Source: Tubulanus polymorphus | Taxonomy: Eukaryota > Animalia > Nemertea | Assembly (NCBI RefSeq): GCF_964204645.1 | Contig: NC_134029.1 | Coordinates: 19,524,950-19,588,949 of the forward strand | Direction of reading: 5' to 3' | DNA length: 64,000 nucleotides | Shown: piece by piece, positions 50,510 through 62,624 of the stretch | Position numbering within the stretch: the first letter of the stretch is position 1 | Layout of the letters: the number at the start of each line of letters is the position of its first letter | Made by a program: the position numbers and the translations under genes | Notes under the pieces: model-generated | The model's input: only the letters and a program-made list of their open reading frames with translations | Told to the model about the DNA's origin: nothing | Databases searched by the model: none

Positions 50510-52793
50510 GTGCAAAATATTAGGTTCTGGTGTGGAGTTTGTTCGCTTAGGTTAATAAACATAGAACCAGGGAACGTTGATAGCTATTTTTCTGTAACCA
50601 AGTATAGTAGGGTTCATTGCATGAAACAATTTAGCATGAGGTTCGTCCGTTTCAAACAAGAGACCATTACGCAAACGTGCAATAAACAGGCGCCGTTCTT
50701 TTCGATGCGTCTAATTACAGTTTAAATTGTAAGCTCCTTATCACCTGATCTGTGATACGGTAGAAACATCGAGATGAGTAACGTTGTTCTCGTGTACGCA
50801 ACGGAACGACAGCTCCGAATCTGCGAACTTTCTGTAAACGCACTCTTTTAAAACCTAATCTTATCGCGCAGTGTTGTCTTCAAAGACGACTTCAATCGAA
50901 GGAATACCCTTCTCTTGCGCGCGGACTTAATTCCGTCTTCGCCATCATACGCTATGCATATAATGCCGAAATCGATTTATCCGAGCAATACGCGATTCAG
51001 CAAAACAATTGAGTAATAATAGAATACGTCAGAGGTTGCATTTCAACGCGCACCGAAACAATAAGCCTTTGATGCGAGGGTAAATTCCAAACATTTTCGC
51101 AGAATTGTTTAGGAGTGCGAATTATGAAATGAACGAAATAAGAATATGATTTTAGTTACGTATACATATAACGACGTGACTGATCAGTTCGCAGAATCTG
51201 TACCTTTTCTAGGATCAACAAAAAGAAGCCATTAGGGCTAATTGCATATACCGATAGATATATATTTCGGCGTTTGGAAAGGTGTTCCCGCAGTCGATAG
51301 CCGAGTCCTCGATGTCGGAGCACTTCCTATCGCAGACGCGACATCTTCAAACGTCCACGGTACACGAATTTATATTATCCTACCCTTGTTGATGGCTATG
51401 TTTTAGGAACTGGTGACCAAGATCACCAAACATCAGTAAACTTGCTCACGCGCGTCTGGCGTCCGACGAACTAACAACTGCATTGGAGTGCTCGTCAAAC
51501 ACGATCTTTACTATGGTTTTGACATATATCGCGTTGCACTTAAGATAAGAAACATTACGTGGCATCGAAACCTGCCGTCGGGAACATTCTGAAATCCGCG
51601 CGCCACGGTCAAAACAGACGTTGCTACCAGTACCGCAATCGGAGGAGTGCTTCTCGAAGCGGTCATTTTTAACGGAATCAAGAAGCTCGATAATGACCAC
51701 GTTTTAAACCCGTCAACGGTTCGGCTGTAGTTATAGTTGTACATATAAACTAACAGTTAACCCAGTACTCTCTGGCCATCCCGAACGAAACAAAGAAAAA
51801 GACGAAATGGATTTAAGCTGGAATGTACAAGCCCTAATCTGTTGTTTACAGACATATTTTATGTTGCTCGCGCCGGTGGAAAGTAATTCGAATTATTTCG
51901 AGGACTATGACTACAACCAAGGTAGGTGAATAACGTAATTTCCTGGAGTAATCCCTGCATCTGAAGATGCTCTTTTATCACAATACCAGAAATGACCCAT
52001 TTTCTGGGTCCAGTTTGTATAGGTGCAATAAAGAGTTGAATTGCGATTTTTAAAGCTGGTTACTGATTTCTCCTTCTCGACAGACCTGACACCCGATGTC
52101 TCCTGCAATAGAATATATATTTAACTTTGCTTCAATTTTTCAATTGAGGATTTCGTCTTTTAGCCTAAGATAATGAAAATGTCATCGTAATCGTAAAATA
52201 TCACACCTAAATAACACAAGTGTGTTTAAGGATAAGAGTTTAGCAAGTGTTCTCAATCGGAGAGTCCATATGTTTATCTTTGCACCTAGTCTTGATACGA
52301 AAACGTAATGGCAGATGTATGCAAATCTATCACAATCTATTCATAAGTTTGTCGGTAATACAATGTTGTGTTCTTTTTTATCGGAAATTGATCAAGTTTC
52401 ACAGAAAATACTATATTTCTCCCGCGCCATGTTACACGGTTTTTCTCTTCTTTCGAATTCAAATATCATCGATCCTTATTCATACGGCGAGGTAGTACGA
52501 GGTCATCCAGTACAGGTATATCGGAATAATGTTCGGTCATATTTGCTTAATACGGAGCTATGTTCAGTTATGAGTGGCTGGCTTATAGGTCCCGCGATGA
52601 ATGTTAATGTGAGGTGGTCAGCTGCACCTGCGCTGTAACTATCATTCATAATGCACAACCGTATGACCTTCCCCCATAACAGTCGATATTTCCTATCCAC
52701 TGATGACATATATAAATATATACCTCACCAGCCACCAGGAACGCGGTATACCGAGTAGGTGATGGTCAGTTTATGCGACTTGGTATGGTATAA

Positions 52794-52967
52794 TTGCCGA
52801 CGCACGCCATGCACGCGAGGAACATGGAAACAGAAGACTGGAAACATGTTTCCGAGCGTTCCCCTGTATCGTATGCGTTTTATTGGAAACATGGTTTCGG
52901 GAAACATTCCGAGATAAAACGTGTTTGATTCTGTGTTTGTGTGTCCATGCGTCGTGTGAGTTTAGCT
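52794..52967. mobile_element. MITE family 1 copy (reverse orientation)
   Basis: GCCGACGCACGCC ... GAAACATGTTTCCGAGCGTT ... GTCGTGTGAGTTTAGCT. Flanks TAA/TTA. Confidence 0.85.
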
Positions 52968-52972
52968 TTATT

Positions 52973-53096
52973 AGCCCTATAGACAGAGTCGTGTGCGTTT
53001 TACGAGAAACGTGGTTTCGTTTAAAAAACAATGTTTCCGAAATCAAACACGTTTGATCGATGTTTCTATGTTTCCCTACATCGTGTGCGTCGGGCG
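52973..53096. mobile_element. MITE family 1 copy (half element)
   Basis: GTCGTGTGCGTTTTACGAGAAAC ... TTTCCCTACATCGTGTGCGTCGGGCG, followed by TTA. Confidence 0.8.
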
Positions 53097-53132
53097 TTAC
53101 GAGGTAAATATACTATAACAAATCGCGTGAAC

Positions 53133-53372
53133 TGACCAACGCACACGAAACAGAAAACAGAAACATGTTTCCAAGCGTTTAACTGTATCGTGTGCGTTTT
53201 ATATAATATTGTATGACAGAATTATCCGTGCTCCAATTTTTTTTTTGTAAAGGAGCAAATAACCTTTGAAACTTTATAAGGAACGAGAAACACATGGTTT
53301 CGGGAAACATTCCGCGATCGAACGTGTTTGATTCTATGTTTTTGTGTTTCCATGCATCGTGTGCGTTGGACT
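53133..53372. mobile_element. MITE family 1 copy with ~82-bp internal insertion
   Basis: CCAACGCACACGA ... CATCGTGTGCGTTGGACT, followed by TTA. Unrelated sequence at about 53201-53282 splits the consensus GCGTTTT|ACGAGAAAC. Confidence 0.85.
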
Positions 53373-56300
53373 TTAGTAGCCTATTGGTGGTATGATATTT
53401 CTTAGTGGGTTTAGTCGCCACATCGAACCATCATATCATGTGTCCACGTGGGATCAGGTTAATGGCGCTGCGCGTGTACTGTTCTCACGTATACCCTGTA
53501 CCACCAACGTTGATCAAAACACCATTAGTACGCAGTCGAACTCCTTGATTGGCGAGAAGGCCCAGATTGGTAAATATGACTTGATAAGATCGTAAAAACC
53601 CATACTTGTAGATAGACTAAACAGTTTATCTAAAGAATATAAACTTATGAAGTAATTTCTAAATAAGCTTTTTAAATTCTTTTTAGTATTTCTGCAAATG
53701 GGTTTTTACAACTTATCAATTTATCACTGATTTTGGGATTTTTGTGATTCACATACTGCGTTGATAGTTCCGATATTTGAAATGTATTGAATCAATATTG
53801 GTCGCGTGTATACCTTGCAAGAAAGGTGACCCCAATTTGTAACGGTATATGCCTGAAACGTATCGAAATGGCGGCTTATTAGCGCACGTAGGCACGACGT
53901 TCTCGCTGCTTCGAAAATACCTGATAATCCTCTTCTAGGCGTCTTGAGAAATCGATAACTGGAATTTGAAAGATTGATATAATAACCACCATTAACAGGG
54001 ATCTCGTGGCATAACGAATAGTAATTCAGGTCCCAATAGTGAAAGGCAATCTAACGAATACGCTGCCTATGCCATTTTTGTATGTATATAAACGTATATA
54101 AAACAAGAAATGTGTGGCTGTAGACGGTTTTCGTTTTGTTTTCTCTTGTCCAACACGACCCATATTACCTGGTGACCTTGTTACACTAGTCGTGATTCGA
54201 ATTCAAATGATTCAAATGTCGATTAAATCGCGCCATTTCTACAAAGCAAAGACTATGAGATGTAATCATTAAAACATCAACATCGAAATTGACAATTTTA
54301 ATCTAACGAAGTTCCGTCGCGCGGAGAGCTATTTCATTAGGCAGACGTGACCACTTTATGCAATTAGACATCTTTATACGTGACTAATGTCGGATTAATT
54401 GCATAATAACAAACGAGCTCATTTGCATACATATATGTATGTACGGATATGTATATCGGTTAAATACATTGATGTTTGCACTTATCCGATTGGCCCGCGA
54501 TGCGACGCTCGCCCGCGTGGTCCCCGGGGATTTCTCATCTGATAATCGGTCATGTATAGTTACCATTATCTTGCTAATGTAGTGGTGACTTGCTATAAAT
54601 CAGCTGCTCCCAATTAGTTCATAATTCTGCTAATATCATCTTTAGCATATATACCCGTCAATTCAATCAGAGATATATCTATATATGCATGTTTCTTTTT
54701 ACTTCTTAGCATTTGGTTTTGATCGATAACCGCAATAATAAAAGATTTTAAACGATTAAATCGATTATTCGATTCATACAAAATGAGACCTTTCATTAGA
54801 GGTGCGTTCATCGTGTATTTATTGCTTTTAGAACCATTGGTTCGAGGTGCAGTTGCCTTTTCGCTTGAAAATAGCCGCGATTGCACGGGCACGATTTGGC
54901 ACAGGCCAAATTGGCCGGAATCAGGCCCGAGCCAAATTTGGCCCGTGCCTTATTAGAGAGTGCGTTCACACGCCAACCACTCACTCGATACTAAACAATT
55001 TTTAAACAAAGCGAAGTTAGTCATTTCCGGAACCAGTTGCAATTCAAACGCAATCATTTATCCCGTGCTGAAGTGGCTCGGACCTGATCTGACCCCTTTT
55101 TCTTCGGTCCGAACAGGCTCGTTCCCACTTGGCAGCCGTATGAACAGTTGGTCCGTGCTAGAAACGCTCGTGTGATCGCGGCTAAGGTGTCGCACACACA
55201 CTCTCAAGCCTATACCATCTATAGCCAGCCTGTGGTTTCGTTTCACGATCGGATATTTTCGTTCGTATAAGTTCATCCGATTATCAAAGCATGCCACCAA
55301 CGATTAGGTGACTAAAACTAACTAACACTCTACCAAATGTGCTGGATCGCTTGGCCGAATCATTAGTCCGGCCAGTTATCCCGTCTAAACCGGAAGGGTG
55401 TGCGCCAGGCTGAATACATATGACCGATCAGATATAGATTTTTTTTAAGTAATAGTTGTGGCCGAGTCGACCTCACTACAACTGAAAGAATGCGCGAAGA
55501 GGTACTTCGTCAAATTATATTGGGTCTGAATGTTTACGACCGCTCCGTCGAATTCGCGTCATCGGTTGCGCCACGCGTTATTACTGTCGCCCGTATAAAG
55601 TCACGATAACTAGCTGTAATTCCTTATTGTACCGAACATCAACGGACATTGATGATCGTCCCTGATTGTAATCGCCGGAGCGAAAGAAACGAAATACGTC
55701 GCGTCGGACGCGATAAACAAATCTACGATGAAGCTTCTGCTCGTTGACGAGTTCGATTCTAAACTCTATATAATACACAGAGAACGGCGCTTTTCACGCC
55801 GGTTAACTTTGAAATTCTAGCCTAGCATCAGAAGGGATGATACAAAATCGAATGCGACGACGATATAGCCTAGATGTCACACTGGGTGGAGTTGATGGCG
55901 GCAGAAATATTCATAATTGTGAACAAGCCACTTCAAAGGTTTATGAGGCAATGCGATAGAATGCATTGTATTTACGAAAAAGACCTGCCTCGAGTGAAAC
56001 AGTACAAAATTTCTGAAATAGAACGAAGGATAATGGATATGTTTTGTGCAGCGTTGTCGATTGCGCCAAAGTTTTGATATCTGAGAGTTTCTTCTTTCCC
56101 AATCTTCTCGTCTTCAATCCCGTATCGACAAAGCATTTTTTGCCCATATTTTCCAGTACAATTTAATAGCTTCGAGGTGCGTTGTTAAACGATCCTAACG
56201 CGGTGTTCGCGTTCAAATTGATCGAAATTTGACGATTTGAATGTGCGCGACTGATATTTTACCCGGAGACCGCCAAAGGGATTCGACAAACAATAAGTCA

Positions 56301-56659
56301 AATAGAAGAATTTATTTTTACTAGTAATTCCTCGATTGTCTTCAAAGATCAGCGTAAACAGCCACGCGAGACAATGCGATAATTTAGCCAAAAAGAATTC
56401 TCGAATAGAAGAGATTTGAGAATTGAGTACGGGCTATCTTAGACAGATCTTCTTTTCATCGAGACTTCAAGACTTCATCGGTGCCAGTTCAGCAGTCGAG
56501 TATAGGACTTAATAGTGGAAACCTAATCTAACTCTGAGTTACACAAGAACACTGACTGACAAACTGCAGTTGCACGGATCCAGACCGGTTTAACTTCGGT
56601 ATGCAAATGGTAACACCGAAAATGTCAAAGGTTCAAGCTTCCTCTGTGCTTTGTCTTTC

Positions 56660-57032
56660 TTTTGGAAATCAAGTCCAGTGGACTAGTCAATGGATAGCTC
56701 GTTTCGGAAATCGAGTCCAGAGGACTAGTCAACGAATAGCTCGTTTTGGAAATCGAGTCCAGTGGACTAGTCAACGAATAGCTCGTTTTGGAAATCGAGT
56801 CCAGTGGACTAGTCAATGAATAGCTGGTTTTGGAAATCGAGTCCAGTGGACTAGTCAGCGAATAGCTCGTTTTGGAAATCGAGTGCAGTGGACTAGTCAA
56901 TGAATAGCTGGTTTTAAAAATCGTGTCCAGTGGACTAGTCAACGAATAGCTTGTATTGGAAATCGAGTCAAGTGGACTAGTCAATGAATTGCTCATTTCG
57001 GAAATCGAGTCCAGTGGACTAGTCAGTGAATA
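56660..57032. repeat. 42-bp minisatellite, about 9 copies
   Basis: Unit TTTTGGAAATCGAGTCCAGTGGACTAGTCAACGAATAGCTCG with exact 42-bp period (GGAAATC at 56664, 56706 ... 57000). No spacers. Confidence 0.97.
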
Positions 57033-59643
57033 CTTTTTTAAAATTTTGGTGAAGAAATAGAACGCGATCGCCGCGATACGTCGATCGACGAAAACACGCA
57101 GCTCTACATAACAACACTAGAACTTATTAACTCCAGTCAAACTGAGGAAACAAATCATCGCTTACGATTTGATTTATCGCCGTTACTAGATGGCAGCATC
57201 CTCTTATAGCCACACAGTCACTTCATAAATCAATTCGATTGAAATTACACATCGGCCGTTTCAGCATTATTATATCCGTTTCGACTCGCGAGTTCGCGCT
57301 CTCAATGAGGAATTGAGTTCGTGATAGATCGTTCGATCCTCGTTTTTCGAACTGCGAAAGAAACTCGCAAAAAATGTATAGCGAAACCAATCCGCGACGA
57401 TTGCGCAAGCCGGGCAAAATAAAGTCGCTAATAGCGTATTTCATCGTTCAGCATATATAGATCAATCAAACATTATAACATCTTTCTCGACAGGGAACGG
57501 AATCTGTTGACGAAAAGTAAAAAAGTAAGCACCGCTACACGGGTCGGAAGCACTGAACGAACTTGCCATTATACAATATATCTATTCATCAATATATATA
57601 TGTACAAGATTTTATGAAGGTTGCTTTGTTATCCGCAGTTCCTAATCGAAAGGACATCCCCAAGCCCTAATGACTATACCAAAAAGGGAATGCCTTGGAA
57701 CGAGTTATGATTTTAAAAGAAATTCCAGCAGCCAAACGAATGCAGCGGCAGGCCGGGCATCGATAAGCGAGAAAAACTTCGAAAGATTCTCCTTTCTAAG
57801 ACGAGACCACTGAAAAAAAAACCAATCGCTTGTATAGCACTTGTATGCCACAACTCTCAGCGGTTTGATGATAAATTGGTACGGATATAAATACTAAAAA
57901 AAGGAAACAACAGAAATCTCATCGCAAAGCAGAGCACATTGCTATTGTATGTATACACGCGTGCTATGATCGGGCGAGTCGCTATGTATTTAAATTAGAA
58001 TTTAATGAAGTTTGATGACGGAGAAAATTCTACTGGATCGAGATGCATGATAAATGAAACTACAACTTTATTATTCGGTCCCTTGCGGGCGGATTTCATT
58101 TGCATCCGATCCGCCGGAGAGGTCCCAGATGCCCGCGTTTTCCGGAGAATTACGTCGAAAGCGACGCAACTGTCAATGAGGCTCTGCAATTAGCAGTAAC
58201 ATTGACTGATTGTAGTTATTTATGCTGAATATGCAGCCGTTGCGTCATTTGTATGCAAACTCTTTTAAATTAAAAGCTTCCCGACTGGTGTGCGCGCTAC
58301 AGCGATGTTTGCGGCGGCTCCACATATAATGCATCGTGTTCTTGACTAGCAAACCGACTAAGAGAAATGAAATTTAAATGCAAAAAATCATTAAAAGAAA
58401 AGTCCACCGCGAAATCCAGTTTTTTTCTGCGATGTGGTTTTACTGGATGATACTTGGTTGCGTAAACCCGGAAAAATTGGTACTCGAACCCTAACCTTTT
58501 GTAATCTGATTACGTAACTATACCCGACGACCAAGCATAACGACTAACGTAACGTACCTATCAGTTACTCGTGACGCTCCCGGGCAAGGCGTATTTGAGA
58601 AGTCTAGAAATGTAGATAACAAATACTACGTATTTTCGATACGGTCAAAGTATATATGTTTTGGAATTGTTTTACGATGCATGTACACGCTAATAGGCGT
58701 ACACGGACTTTTGCAGCGCAATTTGCGAACGCAATTATCGCTCGTGTGCGGCGGGCTTAACAAGCATATTGTAAGAAAATTCAGTGAAAATGTTGGTCCT
58801 TTCGTTCAAGTTGAAGATTCTTGCTCATGCCAGTATACACGGCATTGTATTGTAGTGCAGGTTTACGACCCCCTCATTCTGGTGTAGATATCTATTTCTT
58901 CTTTTATAAACTGGGCGGTCGGAGTAAAAGGCTTATCGTCTGCGTCTCAATGATAATGAATTTGTTAGGTGATAACTAATGCGTTGAACGAATATCGCCG
59001 AGAAAGCTCGTTTTAGTAATTCATGAAGCCCTGAGCTACTACAACTACTGTCCACAATCGGACCTCATCAACATTCTACGTGTGTGTACTTATGAAATGA
59101 ATTCGCGCGTATCGTGGAAGATTTTCGCAAATTGTTCGTGACGTTTAGCTTAAAAAACAGCTACGGTCGACTCGTGTCGGCGCTGCAAGTGTATAGACTA
59201 ACACACATAAAACCATTTGGTCTTTTACCTGCATAAACCGGCTATTAGCGGTGATCTTGGGAATCGCATGGCACTTGGCTTGATGGCAAAACCAATACTT
59301 AAACGCAACAGACCTCATTTATCAGCGAACAGCGTGACCCAGCCAGCGAATGCCGGCTTCATTTCTAAAATTGCCATCCGAGATTTCCGGCCCGGCCCTT
59401 GAAACCACGTGTGATCCAAGTATACAATTCCTTGCAGCTTTGGCAATGATCGCATGGAAATCGTATATGACCAGTCGATTTTCCCGAAATCACATTAGAG
59501 TATATCTCATGGGTTTCGCCATGATTTTTCATAAAAAGGGCCAAATCCACTTCATGTCAAATTCTATATAGCTTAACAAACAACCTAGGCTACGATATAG
59601 TCCCTAAATTATATGTATTATTGTTTCATAGAGGTTAGCTTCC

Positions 59644-59659
59644 GGTATGACGTCATACC
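59644..59659. promoter_or_regulatory. perfect 16-bp palindrome centred on a CRE/ATF site
   Basis: GGTATGACGTCATACC, adjacent to CTTCCGG (ETS-like), a (CCT)n tract and TCACGTGA. Confidence 0.4.
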
Positions 59660-62457
59660 TCCTCCCTCCTCCTCCCTCACTCCGGTCCCGTAGTGCTATC
59701 ACGTGACTACTTGTATAGTCGCGCTCTGACATATAATATTGTAAATCTTAATTGTTGAAATAGTAGAAAAATAGGAACAAAATGCTATCCCTTATTTGAA
59801 AAAGGGTATAAGGGGGTAGTTCACAACCCTCGAACCCCTGCCTTGGGATGTCTAAAACTGACCCGCCACTGAATGGTTACATTGGACCGTCTGACCGAAG
59901 AGAGTTAACCCGTTTTTAGGAATCCACACTATGAATATACGTTGTCCATTCTTAATTATTCATTGGAGAAATCATGTAATTCCGGACTGCGATGAGGTTT
60001 TTATGGTCATGTATAAAAATAGGTTGAACGTTCGCCCGACGGGTTCAGTACTGAACGGACGTAGCTACTGCTGCATTATGTTGATTAATCGCCGAGGCTA
60101 ATTCAATGATCCAGTCATTAATTCTACTATTCACTGCCGGGCTTCACTATACCGCCTCTCAATCGGTACGATTAGTACGAAAATGTCCTATTCACGATTG
60201 ACATGTAAGTCTCGTATCTTTATTTTGGCAATTTTGTTAGATAACTGCTTCTGAAAATAATGCGAAGCAATGAATTTGACGTTGATCTTGTGGTATATGT
60301 ATTCCGACGCGCGCTTGAGACCTTAAATGGTTTGTTCGAAATAAGATGTACGTAAACATTCTCATAAAATTCGCTGTTGTTTAGAAGATACTTTTTTACG
60401 ATAAATCAATATACCAGAAGAAAAATACCACAATAAAATATTCACAACAAGCTTCTTTATTGCCTTATGAACTTAAAACTTTAGACATTTCAGTCTGGTT
60501 TTTTTTCAGCAGATTTGATTTTGAGATAACAGTTTCTAAATCCTCTGCACGACCAAAAAACAACACAATTGATGTATACATCATAAGAAGACAGTACCCT
60601 CGGTTTTCAGCAGGTTTGACTGAAGTTTTATTTCTGAATTAGATTTCGTCTGCTGACGCCTTCATTCGGCCGCACGAGTTAAGAATGAACGAAACGATTT
60701 TTCATCGAAACATCCTTTTTTCTCCGTTCGCCCGCAGCTGGTTGAAATGTATCTCGTGGCTTCAATAAATTGAATAAACTGCATCATTCAAGTGTCGTAA
60801 CGTCGCAATATCGACAAATGCGACGTAAATAAGTTGATTAATAACGATACGGCGCAATAGATAGGGCGCATCTCGCGACGAACTGTACGATAATATCTAA
60901 TCAATAATTCCAGTCTCAACTACTAGATGGCGTGCTTGATTTGAGCGGCGCGCTGACGACGGAAGTATCGAAGGTCTCGGCGCGTAGCCGCCTGCGGGTC
61001 GGATTAGACGGTACTGTAGTTAGATTTATAGCCGAATTATAGGTATTTAAAGGCAGCAAACGGAGTGCGTGTATTGACCGTAAATGGGCGAACGGGATTG
61101 CGGGTAGAATTGAAAAACGGCGACGATCGAAAGTGTAATTTCATAAATAAATGATCGCATATTGATTACATGTTTCATGGTCGGCTGCAGTGTATTTTAT
61201 TACCCGTGTTCTCCTTCCTTATTTATAGCGAGATCGATTTTATCGATTTCAACTATGCGGTTTAAGAAAACTTCGTGACCCTACAATTTCTAAGGCCGTT
61301 TTTTACTATAAGTTGGATTACGGATTTGATGGACTTAAGATAATTGCGGAGAAATTTCAAAGAAATTATTATTTTCTTTTAAAACATTGAATTCGTTACG
61401 AACTAAATGATCGGGAGGGGTATTTTACAAAAATAAATTAAAAGATGCTTTATTTTGGAGATGGTTTTGCAATATGATACCTGAATATTGTCTTTTTATT
61501 ACCTACACAAAAACTGATGCTGCAGTTTTGGCAAGTCGCACTTTTACCAAACCAATCCGACAAATACATCCCTAAGAACACCATTGTCCACTCTGATTTT
61601 CGTGTGTGATGTCAAAAGATGCTGTGGCAGTGGAGAAAATTATAAATGTTCATTAAAGATAAGGGGCGCCGGGAAAAGAATATTGAAACAATTTTTTCCA
61701 ACCTAGAAATCGGAAAGTTCGTCGGCGGATCCGTAATCCAAGTAACGTATAACAAAAGAACGTCCTAACCAGCATGGGATTAGTTTTTCAGTATGAAAAA
61801 AAAACAATATAAACTTCTGGCTAACTACATTATCCAAGCAAGTGCAATGCGCCGAATGTGCTCTTATAGGCCAAAATTGGCCGGTTGGATCAACTAAGTA
61901 ATGCATCATCAAACTTTGTAACGAAATTATATTATAATATATCCAAACTGCACAATAAACAGAACTATATAAACTAACTGAATATAGAACTTACTGAACC
62001 TAAGATTACGCAATGTCTAAGTTGTCGCTTGTCTAACTATTTTAGTTTTTAAGCGTTTGCGAAGTGCGGTAATAATTCTGTCTGGCACTTCGCCGTGTCC
62101 GCTGAAACGAACGAACTAACGTAAACAACGTATGACCCAAATTGCAGTTTAGATTAAAGAAACGTCCCAAATACCGATTTCAAAGGAGTTCTCATAACGA
62201 AAACCAGAATTAATCGAAAATTCTACGCTTTCTGATCAAAGCAGATTTTCATGAATATCAATTAGAAAGCGAATTCGCATTTGCAATTTTCATATTCACC
62301 AGAGATTTCGGAGATGATACGTTCCGTATCGATTGGTCTGGCAATTTTGATTTCGACTTCACGAAAAGTTCGTCCCAAAATCCGAACGAAAACTTCATCA
62401 TCACAGGGCAATTTCCATATTCGCTAGAGATGAACTTGATTCGACTTAGTGGAGTAA

Positions 62458-62624
62458 AGCCCAACGCATAACACGTATAGGAAAACACGGAAACAAACAA
62501 ATTTGATCCCAGAAACATTGTTTCCCGAAATCACACGTTTCTCGTACACAGGGAAACGCCCGGAAACTGACATGTTTGTGTCTCCTGTTTCCGAGTTTTC
62601 CCTATGCGTCACGTGCCTTGGGCT
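62458..62624. mobile_element. MITE family 1 copy
   Basis: AGCCCAACGCATAACACG ... GCGTCACGTGCCTTGGGCT. Flanks TAA/TCA. Confidence 0.85.

Noticed and set aside
54888-54949. GC-rich imperfect palindrome with repeated GGCC/GCCAAAT
   Set aside because: Arms are irregular, with no TSD or second copy in the window. It cannot be assigned.
56601-56996. ORFs with 14-aa repeats, and a possible CRISPR array
   Set aside because: Translation of the 42-bp minisatellite. Units are contiguous, with no unique spacers and no cas genes.
60736-60747. CAGCTGGTTGAA resembles part of the mir-133 hairpin
   Set aside because: No TTGGTCCCC seed arm nearby and no hairpin.
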